Shown: positions 1 through 8,407, counted from the stretch's first letter. The stretch is DNA of 64,000 nt from Porphyromonas sp. (GCA_041854325.1 JBHACB010000093.1:2346-66345); one strand, 5' to 3'. The notes: a model not told the origin generated them from the letters alone. Translations and numbers: made by a program.

Positions 1-1
1 T

Positions 2-1669
2 ATGTGTGCCTTCATCAGAGAGCACGATATTCGCCTCGTCGTAGACGCCGCACACCCCTTCGCTGCAGAGCTACATCAGACGATAGGACGTGCTACGGCC
101 TCTCTAGGCATACCTGTAGTGCGCTACGAGCGTCGCTATCCTAGGCTCGACCCTCGTATCCGTGTGTGTGCTAGCTATGATGAGCTAGTGGATGCTCTGC
201 TGGCACAGCCTGCGCACCGTCTACTGGCTCTCACTGGGGTCAATACGATACCACGTATGAGGCGCTTTTGGCAAGAGCGAGAGACCTTCTTTCGCATCCT
301 CGATCGCAACGACTCGCGCGAGAAGGCCGAGGCAGCTGGTTTCCCTGCCGACCACATCTGCTACTTTGCCGAGGGACAAGACCAAGAGCTATTCGACCGC
401 ATAGCCCCCGATGCCGTTACGACCAAGGAGAGTGGAGAGAGTGGGTTCTTCGATGAGAAGGTAGCCCCCGCACTAGCTGCAGGCGTCCCTGTCTACATGG
501 TAGCTCGCCCTGCCTTGCCGAGCCACTACCAAGCGGTCAATGGCCCTGTGGGGCTACGCAAGGCTGTCGAGCGTCTTGTGCCCGATTTCTTCCCCCTCAA
601 GACTGGATTTACCACTGGTAGCACTGCGACGGCGGCCACTGTGGCTGCCCTGCACGCCCTACTGACAGGTGAGCAACTCCCCTGGGCTGATATCGAGCTG
701 CCGAGCGGAGAGACGGTAAGCCTGCCCATAGAGCGCATAGAGTGCACTGAGCGAGGCTATAGGGCGTATGCCGTCAAGCACTCGGGCGACGACCCTGATG
801 TAACGAGTGGGGCGATCATTACCAGTGAGGTATGCCTAAGTGATAGTGGAGCTATACGCTTCGTCCCAGGCGAGGGGGTAGGTATCGTAACGCTTCCAGG
901 GATAGGCATCGAGGTCGGAGAGCCTGCTATCAATGCTACCCCTAGGCAGATGATGACTAGCGAGATACGCAGACGCCTACCCGAGGGGCAGGGGGTCGAT
1001 GTCAAGATCGAGGTGCCTATGGGGAGAGAGCTAGCACTCAAGACCTTCAATCCTCGCCTAGGCATCGAGGGCGGTATCTCCATTATCGGGACCTCGGGCG
1101 TTGTCAAGCCTTTTTCCAGCGAAGCCTTCGTCGCCTCCATTGGTCGTCAGGCCGATGTGGCGATGGCACTGGGAGCCGATACTATCGTGATCAATAGTGG
1201 TGCCAAGAGCGAGCGTTATCTGCGAGAGGCCTTTGCCGACCTGCCACCGCAGAGCTTCGTCCAGTATGGCAACTACATAGGCGAGACGCTCGCCAAGCTC
1301 GCCGAGTGCCACGTGCCACACATCTATATGGGTATCATGCTGGGCAAGGCGGTCAAACTGGCGGAGGGCAACCTCGACACCCACAGCCGCAAAGTGCTGA
1401 TGAATAGAGAGTACCTACACAGCGTAGCCACGGCTACGGGCTGTACGGGCGAGGCGCACGAGTTGATAGACCGCCTCACCCTAGCACGTGAGCTATGGGA
1501 GGGGCTGCAAGGCGATGATCTACCCCGCTTCATGCGCTACATCACAGATGCCTGCTATCAAGTGGGGCGTACCTTGGTCCCCGAGAGTACGCTATCCGTC
1601 CTGCTCATCGACGATGATGGGCAGATACGCTATACCTATCCTTCATGCCTCCTAGAGAGTATCCAATAA
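2..1669 (+). CDS. cbiD: Fused precorrin-6x reductase (CbiJ/CobK part) and cobalt-precorrin-5B C1-methyltransferase (CbiD); 5' end outside window
   Basis: Frame is open from the window edge. The first ~195 aa (IRLVVDAAHPFA, VTTKESG) look like CobK/CbiJ. They continue without a stop into a CbiD-like domain (LKTGFTTGSTATAA, ISIIGTSGVVKP). Confidence 0.75.
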   Translation: MCAFIREHDIRLVVDAAHPFAAELHQTIGRATASLGIPVVRYERRYPRLDPRIRVCASYDELVDALLAQPAHRLLALTGVNTIPRMRRFWQERETFFRILDRNDSREKAEAAGFPADHICYFAEGQDQELFDRIAPDAVTTKESGESGFFDEKVAPALAAGVPVYMVARPALPSHYQAVNGPVGLRKAVERLVPDFFPLKTGFTTGSTATAATVAALHALLTGEQLPWADIELPSGETVSLPIERIECTERGYRAYAVKHSGDDPDVTSGAIITSEVCLSDSGAIRFVPGEGVGIVTLPGIGIEVGEPAINATPRQMMTSEIRRRLPEGQGVDVKIEVPMGRELALKTFNPRLGIEGGISIIGTSGVVKPFSSEAFVASIGRQADVAMALGADTIVINSGAKSERYLREAFADLPPQSFVQYGNYIGETLAKLAECHVPHIYMGIMLGKAVKLAEGNLDTHSRKVLMNREYLHSVATATGCTGEAHELIDRLTLARELWEGLQGDDLPRFMRYITDACYQVGRTLVPESTLSVLLIDDDGQIRYTYPSCLLESIQ

Positions 1670-1673
1670 GACT

Positions 1674-2381
1674 ATGCAACCGATATACTTCGTTTCGCTC
1701 GGCCCAGGAGATCCCGAGCTTATCACTCTACAGTCGCTACGCCTACTAGAGCGTGCCGATATGATCTATACACCCGTGGCCATTGCCCCCACGGGACGTC
1801 GCTCGTCCAAGGCTGAGGAGATCATGCTTAGCCTCGGCATCCGACCCTCTGCACTAGTCCTCTACGACCTGCCTATGAGCAAACAACGTGATGGTGCCCA
1901 GGCAGCCTATCGAGGCGTAGCCGACGATATTATCACCCGTCTTGAGGCTGGCTACACGGGTACCATAGCGGTCGTAGCCGAGGGCGATAGTGGTTTCTAC
2001 TCATCGTCGGCCTACATCGGCGACTATCTGCTCGAGCATGGCGTGCCGATACGCCAGCTAGCTGGTGTCCCTGCCTTCATCGCCTGCAATGCCCTCATCA
2101 GCGGACAGCTAGTACAGCTCGAGGAGCAGCTACGTGTCATCCCAGGCGAAGCTACACGAGCCGAATGGGACGAGGCCTGGCAGAGCCCTCACACTATCGT
2201 GGTGATGAAGGGCTCTCTGTGCCAGGAGGAGATCCTCTCGGCTATGCGTACCTATCCAGAGCGCAGGTGGCACTATCTAGAGTTCGTCGGGCAGGCGCGC
2301 GAGTATTACTCGACCGACGTAGAGGCCATTAGCCAACGGCAATTCCCCTACTTCTGCATTATCATTAGCAAGACGCGCTGA
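1674..2381 (+). CDS. cbiL: Precorrin-2 C20-methyltransferase-like tetrapyrrole methylase
   Basis: 235 aa with N-terminal YFVSLGPGDPELITL, the SAM-dependent tetrapyrrole methylase motif. Size and position next to cbiD fit CbiL/CobI. Confidence 0.6.
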   Translation: MQPIYFVSLGPGDPELITLQSLRLLERADMIYTPVAIAPTGRRSSKAEEIMLSLGIRPSALVLYDLPMSKQRDGAQAAYRGVADDIITRLEAGYTGTIAVVAEGDSGFYSSSAYIGDYLLEHGVPIRQLAGVPAFIACNALISGQLVQLEEQLRVIPGEATRAEWDEAWQSPHTIVVMKGSLCQEEILSAMRTYPERRWHYLEFVGQAREYYSTDVEAISQRQFPYFCIIISKTR

Positions 2382-2412
2382 CCAGCGTCTTGTCACGAAG
2401 CTCCTAGATGTG

Positions 2413-2470
2413 AGCCATCAACCCCCGATGGGCTGTATCGCAGGATACAGCCCATCGGGGGTTGATGGCT
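2413..2470. terminator. Perfect 27-bp stem hairpin between convergent cbiL and the U32 gene (bidirectional terminator candidate)
   Basis: AGCCATCAACCCCCGATGGGCTGTATC / loop GCAG / GATACAGCCCATCGGGGGTTGATGGCT. The arms are exact reverse complements. Confidence 0.6.
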
Positions 2471-2485
2471 ATGGCATAGAGGTGT

Positions 2486-3742
2486 CTACTCCTGAGTCAG
2501 GAAGCGATCGACAAACAGATATAGCCTATCGCCAGGGCGTACCTTGCTGGGTACGGGTATCGAGCATAGGGCTCCCTTCTCGGCGCGCTCCACGGGCTCT
2601 AGCTCTAGGCGTATCTCTGGTACCTCAAAGCGCAGTAGCCCTGTCGTGGGGCCTGTGATGAGCACCTCTTGCCCTACGCTCAGCTCGCCACTCTCTACTT
2701 GTAGCTCTGCCACACCTAGCTTACTGAAGTATTTGGTAACCTTGGCTACGTAGATCTTCTGCTTCGTTGCCGAAGAGCCATAGTTGGGCGTCCACTCTCC
2801 CACTCGCTGGCCTAGATAGTAGCCATCCCAGAAGCCACGGTTGAATACCTCGCCTAGACGCTGATCCCAGCGAGCTACAGCCACCTCATCAAAGTGCCCT
2901 GCACAGTATGTATCCACGGCTTCGCGGTAGGCACGCACTACGGCATCGACGTACTCGGGGCCACGAGCACGTCCCTCTATCTTGAGTACGCGCACCCCGG
3001 CATCGAGCATCTTGTTGAGGAAGTGTATGGTCTTGAGATCTTTGGGCGACATGATATACTCGTTGTCTACCTCCAGGGTAACACCACTCTGCTTGTCGCG
3101 TACCTCGAAGGAGCGACGGCATACCTGCGAACAGCTACCTCTATTGGCACTCTTGCCCCCCTGCTCGTGTAGGCTGATGTAGCACTTGCCCGAGACGGCC
3201 ATACACAGAGCACCATGAGCAAACATCTCGATACGGATAGGTGCGCCCGCAGGGCCTACAATAGGCTCCTCAAGGATAGCTCTATGTATCCGCGCCACTT
3301 GGTCCATATTGAGTTCGCGAGCTAGTACTACCACATCGGCAAACTGTGCGTAGAAGCGTAGCGCCTCCACATTGGTGATATTGAGCTGGGTAGAGAGATG
3401 TACCTCTACCCCTATACTGCGTGCATAGAGCATAGGAGCGACGTCGGCAGCTATGATGGCCGATACCTCTGCGGCCTTGGCTGCATCTATGATAGAGCGC
3501 ATGAGCTCGAGGTCTTCGTCGTATATGATCGTGTTCACCGTTAGGTAGCTCTTCACGCTGTGTTCGCGGCAGATGCCAGCGATGCGGTAGAGATCTTCGG
3601 TGGTGAAGTTGTTGGCACTCTTGGAGCGCATATTGAGCCCCTCAATGCCGAAGTACACGGAGTCGGCCCCCGCGTTGATAGCTGCCATTAGCGACTCGTA
3701 CGAGCCAACGGGAGCCATGATTTCAAATTCCGCCTTGTTCAT
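2486..3742 (-). CDS. Peptidase U32 family protein (PrtC-like)
   Basis: 418 aa. N-terminus EIMAPVGSYESLMAAINAGADSVYFG and a Cys-rich central region are typical of the U32 family. Confidence 0.8.
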   Translation of the reverse strand: MNKAEFEIMAPVGSYESLMAAINAGADSVYFGIEGLNMRSKSANNFTTEDLYRIAGICREHSVKSYLTVNTIIYDEDLELMRSIIDAAKAAEVSAIIAADVAPMLYARSIGVEVHLSTQLNITNVEALRFYAQFADVVVLARELNMDQVARIHRAILEEPIVGPAGAPIRIEMFAHGALCMAVSGKCYISLHEQGGKSANRGSCSQVCRRSFEVRDKQSGVTLEVDNEYIMSPKDLKTIHFLNKMLDAGVRVLKIEGRARGPEYVDAVVRAYREAVDTYCAGHFDEVAVARWDQRLGEVFNRGFWDGYYLGQRVGEWTPNYGSSATKQKIYVAKVTKYFSKLGVAELQVESGELSVGQEVLITGPTTGLLRFEVPEIRLELEPVERAEKGALCSIPVPSKVRPGDRLYLFVDRFLTQE

Positions 3743-3800
3743 TCATTAACTCATTATTCCTCTTCTCCTTGGCTTCGAGCTATGAAACAGGAAAATTGCA

Positions 3801-3808
3801 CAAAAGTA
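3801..3808 (-). promoter_or_regulatory. Bacteroidetes -7 box (TACTTTTG on minus strand) upstream of the U32 gene
   Basis: Matches TAnnTTTG, 59 nt upstream of the start codon. Confidence 0.4.
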
Positions 3809-3912
3809 ACAATAATCCCCCTAACCACAGATCGATCGCCAAAACGTCGTGATCATCCTCCCTCCCATGCCCCCTCTAGCCCTCTGCTCTCGAGGTGTCG
3901 GCATCGACCAGG

Positions 3913-3986
3913 GTCGATATTGAATATCGACTGAGACGATCATTCAATATCGACTGAGGCGATCATTGAATATCGATGTAGGAGGC
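3913..3986. repeat. 23-bp minisatellite, 3 tandem units (GATCATTGAATATCGACTGAGGC family)
   Basis: AATATCGA recurs at 3923, 3946 and 3969 (period exactly 23). The same unit occurs at 23701 and 41018. Confidence 0.85.
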
Positions 3987-4073
3987 TAGAGAAAGGCAAT
4001 GAATGCTCGCAGGTAGGTGAGGAGAGCTGGAGGGCTCAAAGTGTGGCCGCTTGGATAATTGGATAACAATGCC

Positions 4074-4081
4074 TATCTTTG
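4074..4081 (+). promoter_or_regulatory. -7 box TATCTTTG
   Basis: Exact TAnnTTTG match, 244 nt upstream of the sulfatase ATG. Confidence 0.4.
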
Positions 4082-4087
4082 CTACAT

Positions 4088-4291
4088 AGAATTAAGCCAC
4101 GTTGTCGATAGGGAGACTCAACGTTTCAATTTTTTTCCGAGACACGCTCCTCTACCAATGGCGGGCCGTAGCCCCTCGGGGCAGGCGGATTACAAAGTTA
4201 GCGGGGCACTCAAATCCTGTCTTTCGGAGTTTTCACTTTTATCGCGCGTGGCTTTCCATACGGGGCTATCTTCTCTCGAGGAGATAGTCCC
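4088..4291 (+). ncRNA. Candidate structured small RNA or long 5' leader (unclassified)
   Basis: Lies downstream of the -7 box. Nested complementarity: 4094-4101/4247-4254, 4106-4110/4240-4244, 4137-4144/4218-4227. Ends in hairpin 4262-4291 followed by TTGGCTTTG. Confidence 0.25.
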
Positions 4292-4324
4292 TTGGCTTTG
4301 TGAATAGATAATATTACTCATAGT

Positions 4325-5866
4325 ATGCGCAGTACACTGCTCGTATTGCCCCTAGGCGTGTGCCCTATGTATGCTCAGCAGGGGAAGGTATTGGAGCCCC
4401 GCCCCAATGTGGTGATCGTCTACGCCGATGACCTAGGCTATGGCGATATAGGTGCCTATGGAGCCGTGGGTGTGCAGACGCCACACCTAGATAGGCTGGC
4501 CAGTGAGGGGATCCGCTTTACCAACGCTCATGCCTCTGCAGCGACTAGCACTCCCAGCCGCTACAGCATTCTGACAGGCGAGTATGCCTGGAGACGTCGA
4601 GGTACCGATGTGGCTGCTGGCAACGCTGGTATGATCATCGACTCGGCACGCTACACGCTAGCTGACCTCATGCACCAGGCAGGCTATCGCACGGCAGCGA
4701 TAGGCAAGTGGCACCTAGGGCTAGGGTCGAGGACTGGAGGGCAAGACTGGAATGGAGAGCTGGATATAGCCCTCGATGACCTAGGGTTCGACTACTCGTA
4801 CATCATGGCCGCTACGGGCGATCGAGTGCCCTGCGTCTTCATCGAGAATAGGCGTGTGGCGCATTACGATGCCTCACAGCCTATAGAGGTGAGCTATGAT
4901 CAGCCCTATGGGGGCGAGCCTCTAGGTTCGACACACCCCGAGCTACTCACCAAGCAACGCTCGAGCCATGGACACGATATGGCTATCGTCAATGGGATAG
5001 GGCGCATTGGCTATATGCGTGGAGGTGGTCAAGCTCTATGGCAAGACGAATATATTGCTGACTCTATCACGGCCAAGGCTCTCGCTTTCATCGAAGAGAA
5101 TAGGGAGCATCCTTTCTTCCTCTACCTAGCGACCAACGACATCCATGTGCCTCGCTATCCGCATGAGCACTTTCGGGGGCTAAGTACTATGGGAATGCGA
5201 GGCGATGCTATTGCCCAGCTCGACTGGACAGTGGGGCAGGTACTCGCTCAGCTCGATCGTCTAGGTCTTGCAGACAATACGATAGTGATCTTCTCTAGCG
5301 ACAATGGGGCTGTCATCGACGACGGCTACGCTGACGAGGCCGAAGAGAAGCTCGGAGCGCATAAGCCATCGGGGCACCTGCGCGGGCATAAGTATAGTGC
5401 CTTTGAAGGGGGTACGCGTGTGCCCGCTCTAGTGCGTTGGCCCCGTGTCATAGCTGGTGGTCAGGTGTCAGACCGCCTCGTCGCTCAGATCGATTGGTTG
5501 GCATCTCTAGCACACCTAGTGGGCATATCACTCCCTAGTGGTGTCGCTCCCGATAGCCAAGAGCAGGCAGCCCTATGGCTAGGGCTCGGTATGGAGAGGC
5601 ATCCTGCCGAGGGGCGCGCATGGGTAGTCGCTCAGGCCGCCAATGGCACTCTGTCTATACGTACCGAGGAGTGGAAGTACATCGAGCCTAGCGATGGTCC
5701 CAAGATGATACCATGGGGCCCCAAGATAGAGACTGGCTACAGCCCAGAGGCACAGCTCTACAACCTGATTGACGACCCAGGGGAGCGACACAATGTGGCT
5801 AGTAGGTATCCCGAGCAGGTTGATTATCTGCGTACACTGCTAGCTCGAGTCCGTGTACAGAGATAG
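4325..5866 (+). CDS. Arylsulfatase-family sulfatase, Ser-type (S-x-P-x-R)
   Basis: VVIVYADDLGYGD metal site and the SAATSTPSRYSILTG formylglycine motif with Ser in place of Cys. Has an N-terminal signal peptide. Confidence 0.85.
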   Translation: MRSTLLVLPLGVCPMYAQQGKVLEPRPNVVIVYADDLGYGDIGAYGAVGVQTPHLDRLASEGIRFTNAHASAATSTPSRYSILTGEYAWRRRGTDVAAGNAGMIIDSARYTLADLMHQAGYRTAAIGKWHLGLGSRTGGQDWNGELDIALDDLGFDYSYIMAATGDRVPCVFIENRRVAHYDASQPIEVSYDQPYGGEPLGSTHPELLTKQRSSHGHDMAIVNGIGRIGYMRGGGQALWQDEYIADSITAKALAFIEENREHPFFLYLATNDIHVPRYPHEHFRGLSTMGMRGDAIAQLDWTVGQVLAQLDRLGLADNTIVIFSSDNGAVIDDGYADEAEEKLGAHKPSGHLRGHKYSAFEGGTRVPALVRWPRVIAGGQVSDRLVAQIDWLASLAHLVGISLPSGVAPDSQEQAALWLGLGMERHPAEGRAWVVAQAANGTLSIRTEEWKYIEPSDGPKMIPWGPKIETGYSPEAQLYNLIDDPGERHNVASRYPEQVDYLRTLLARVRVQR

Positions 5867-5887
5867 CTTATCGCTCCAGAGCAGAAC

Positions 5888-5925
5888 GCAAGCCCCTCCC
5901 GATACCTTGGTCGGGAGGGGCTTGC
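5888..5925. terminator. 15-bp stem hairpin between convergent sulfatase and C69 peptidase genes
   Basis: GCAAGCCCCTCCCGA / TACCTTGG / TCGGGAGGGGCTTGC. Confidence 0.6.
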
Positions 5926-5952
5926 TCTATATAGGATTAGGTATCCAGAGGA

Positions 5953-7617
5953 CTAGTGGTCGTCCTTGGGGCCCGACACCTTAAGGTTGTGCCCGTAGGT
6001 CTTGGCGATAGCTTCGTAGTACTCCTTGTTGTAGCCAGGGAAGTTGGGCATCTCACTTAGGCCATGTCCATTGTCGAGGAACCGCCCATCCTTTTCCTTC
6101 TTGACGTTGCCGTCCATATACTTGACGAGGAGATACTCGCCAAGCTTCTTCCAGCGAGCCGTAGCTCCGTTGGCTGCATCAGCACAGTAGTTGTTGAGGA
6201 AAGCGATTGCCTTGGCAGGCGACTCCTTGTATAGGCGAGCGGCCTCTTCGTCTACAGACTTCTGCTCGGCATCGAACTTGCTCTCGAGACGCTCCTGTAC
6301 GGGGCGGATGTCTGCGATCATAGGTTCGTAACGGTTGTAGGCCATGTTGGCTACCCAGTTGTGGATCCAGAAGGCCGAGGTCCAGGAGAAGTTCATCATA
6401 TCGCCATTGCCTACGCGATAGGCCTCGGGGATAGCGGTAATGCTCGCATACATCGGGGTGAATACAGCGGTATTGGCATCATCGACACCGAACCATAGTA
6501 CACCACCTATAGCATCAGGTAGCCAGGAGCGTAGCTGTGCTACGAGGACGAAGCCTGTCTGCTGTGTGGCGATAGCTCGTTCGTTGACATAGGTCTCGCC
6601 CTCTACCTCGAAGGTCATAGGCCTCCAGCGATAGGGCGAACGATATGGCCCAGCCCCCACATCCTTGGTCATATCCATGGAGGTGTCTTCGTAGTGGTTG
6701 CGCATAGCCTTGCGTACATCGGCTACCGATACCTTGCGGTCGGGGATCACGTATAGAGGCATGGGCTCGGCAGTAACATCGCCACGCACGTGCTGTTCGT
6801 ATCTCTGTGCATCTTTGTGAAACTCGCGGAAGAAGCTCCACACACGAGCCTCGCATCCGCGTAGGCCACTGAAGGTATAGGGGTTGTACGCTGCCTGGAA
6901 GTCGAAGTCAGCATCCTTGCCCTTGAAATAACCTTTTTCACGTGCTAGGTTTACCACGTCTTTCTCGTACATGCAGTTTTCCTTGTCGCCAAAGGGGATC
7001 TTGTGGATGCGAGCTTGGTTGGCATGTGCCGAGATGGCATTGTCGGGGATACGGATGGCTACCCACACAGCCCCTTTCTTGCCAGGGCCCTTGCCGATCA
7101 TCTCCATGACCCACACCTCATTCTTGTCTGCTATGGTAAAGCTCTCGCCACTACTGTAGTAGCCATAGTCTCGTACGAGGTCGGTCATCACCTTGATCGC
7201 CTCCTTGGCCGTTTTGCTACGCTGTAGGGCCACATAGATGAGGCTACCATAGTCCATGATCCCCTCGGGGTTGTGTAGCTCCTTGCGCCCTCCCCAGGTA
7301 CTCTCGGTGATGGCTACCTGATGCTCATTCATGTTGCCCACTACGTTGTAGGTCTGTGCCACCTCGGGGATGTAGCCGAGATGTTTGTGGCTATCCCACT
7401 CGCGTATCTCGCGCATGGCACCCTTGGGCCACTGGCGAGCAGGCCAGTGATAGAGCTCGCCATAGAGGGTATGGGAGTCGGCTGAGTAACTGATGATGAC
7501 AGAGCCATCGGTAGATGCTTTCTTGCCTACGATGAGGTCCGAGCAAGCATCGGCCTGCGTGATGCTCGCTAGCGATGCTAGAGCAACGGCGACAGAGGTC
7601 AATAGGGTCTTGTTCAT
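5953..7617 (-). CDS. C69 family dipeptidase (secreted)
   Basis: Mature N-terminus ACSDLIVGKKASTDGSV follows the signal peptide MNKTLLTSVAVALASLASITQADA. I place the start at ATG 7617 rather than at the ORF-track extension. Confidence 0.8.
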   Translation of the reverse strand: MNKTLLTSVAVALASLASITQADACSDLIVGKKASTDGSVIISYSADSHTLYGELYHWPARQWPKGAMREIREWDSHKHLGYIPEVAQTYNVVGNMNEHQVAITESTWGGRKELHNPEGIMDYGSLIYVALQRSKTAKEAIKVMTDLVRDYGYYSSGESFTIADKNEVWVMEMIGKGPGKKGAVWVAIRIPDNAISAHANQARIHKIPFGDKENCMYEKDVVNLAREKGYFKGKDADFDFQAAYNPYTFSGLRGCEARVWSFFREFHKDAQRYEQHVRGDVTAEPMPLYVIPDRKVSVADVRKAMRNHYEDTSMDMTKDVGAGPYRSPYRWRPMTFEVEGETYVNERAIATQQTGFVLVAQLRSWLPDAIGGVLWFGVDDANTAVFTPMYASITAIPEAYRVGNGDMMNFSWTSAFWIHNWVANMAYNRYEPMIADIRPVQERLESKFDAEQKSVDEEAARLYKESPAKAIAFLNNYCADAANGATARWKKLGEYLLVKYMDGNVKKEKDGRFLDNGHGLSEMPNFPGYNKEYYEAIAKTYGHNLKVSGPKDDH

Positions 7618-7920
7618 AAATGTATATTTAGATAGTTGTATGCACATTCGCCTCGTAAAGGTAATGATTATCCCCGAAAGTACACCCCGCCCATCTGCTA
7701 TTTGTGATATAGTCGCCTCAGCTATACGCAGGGGGAACGCACCAGAAGTGCGGTTAGCTCTGTAGCTGGTACTCTCGCTCACGATACGCTCTGTAGAGCT
7801 GTCAGCCTGCCAGATCTTCAAGGCTTCGAGCCGTCTTATCGTACGTGGCTAGGTAGCTTCTCACCCATTGTAGAGGGGCACCATAGTAGGCCGACTGCCA
7901 GTAGCGTGTGTAGTTCTCTC

Positions 7921-7980
7921 AAAAAGCCTAGGATGAACGAGGTGTTACCCCTGGGGGTAAAATGCGTCGGCCCTGTAGCT
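7921..7980. repeat. CCTAGGGTGAACG-family repeat, truncated copy A
   Basis: AAAAAGCCTAGGATGAACGAGGTGTTACCCCTGGGGGTAAAATGCGTCGGCCCTGTAGCT is collinear with the 52219-52298 copy but lacks one palindromic unit. Confidence 0.8.
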
Positions 7981-8017
7981 ATACGTCACGGCTGTGTGTC
8001 GTTTGGGAGAATTAGCT

Positions 8018-8025
8018 TACCTTTG
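8018..8025 (+). promoter_or_regulatory. -7 box TACCTTTG upstream of panD
   Basis: TAnnTTTG match, 29 nt upstream of the ATG. Confidence 0.45.
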
Positions 8026-8053
8026 TGAGCAATATTGTGTATAGAGAATTAAG

Positions 8054-8407
8054 ATGTTAGTCGAGATAGTAAAGTCCAAAATCCATAGGGTAACCGTTAC
8101 CGAGGCCAACCTAAACTATATAGGGAGTATCACGATAGACGCAGCCCTGATGGAGGCTGCCAATATCCTCCCTGGCGAGAAAGTGCAGATTGTGAACAAC
8201 AACAATGGCGCTCGCCTCGAGACCTATACCATACCTGGTGAGCGAGGGTCGGGCATGGTGTGCCTCAATGGTGCTGCAGCTCGCCTTGTACAGCCTGGCG
8301 ACATCGTCATCATCATGGCCTATGCCTGGATGACGTACGAGGAGGCCCAGGGCTTCAAGCCGGCTGTTATCTTCCCCGATACGGCCACCAACCAGATTGT
8401 CAAATAG
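8054..8407 (+). CDS. panD: Aspartate 1-decarboxylase
   Basis: 117 aa. [23 protein letters not shown] contains the G-S self-cleavage site. Confidence 0.95.
   Translation: MLVEIVKSKIHRVTVTEANLNYIGSITIDAALMEAANILPGEKVQIVNNNNGARLETYTIPGERGSGMVCLNGAAARLVQPGDIVIIMAYAWMTYEEAQGFKPAVIFPDTATNQIVK

Noticed and set aside
4059-4307. 82-aa and 61-aa ORFs in the U32-sulfatase spacer as small proteins.
   Set aside because: One has a TTG start and the reading frames overlap. The sequence is better explained by RNA-like nested complementarity. There is no recognisable peptide feature.
7618-7821. N-terminal extensions of ORF-track ORFs: C69 peptidase to 7821, secA to 35957, dnaA to 32026, metallophosphoesterase to 40513, yigZ to 30042, metG from 25100, ntpA from 15144, nadE to 56802.
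   Set aside because: In each case an internal ATG gives the canonical family N-terminus or signal peptide. The extension runs into promoter or repeat sequence or into the neighbouring gene.
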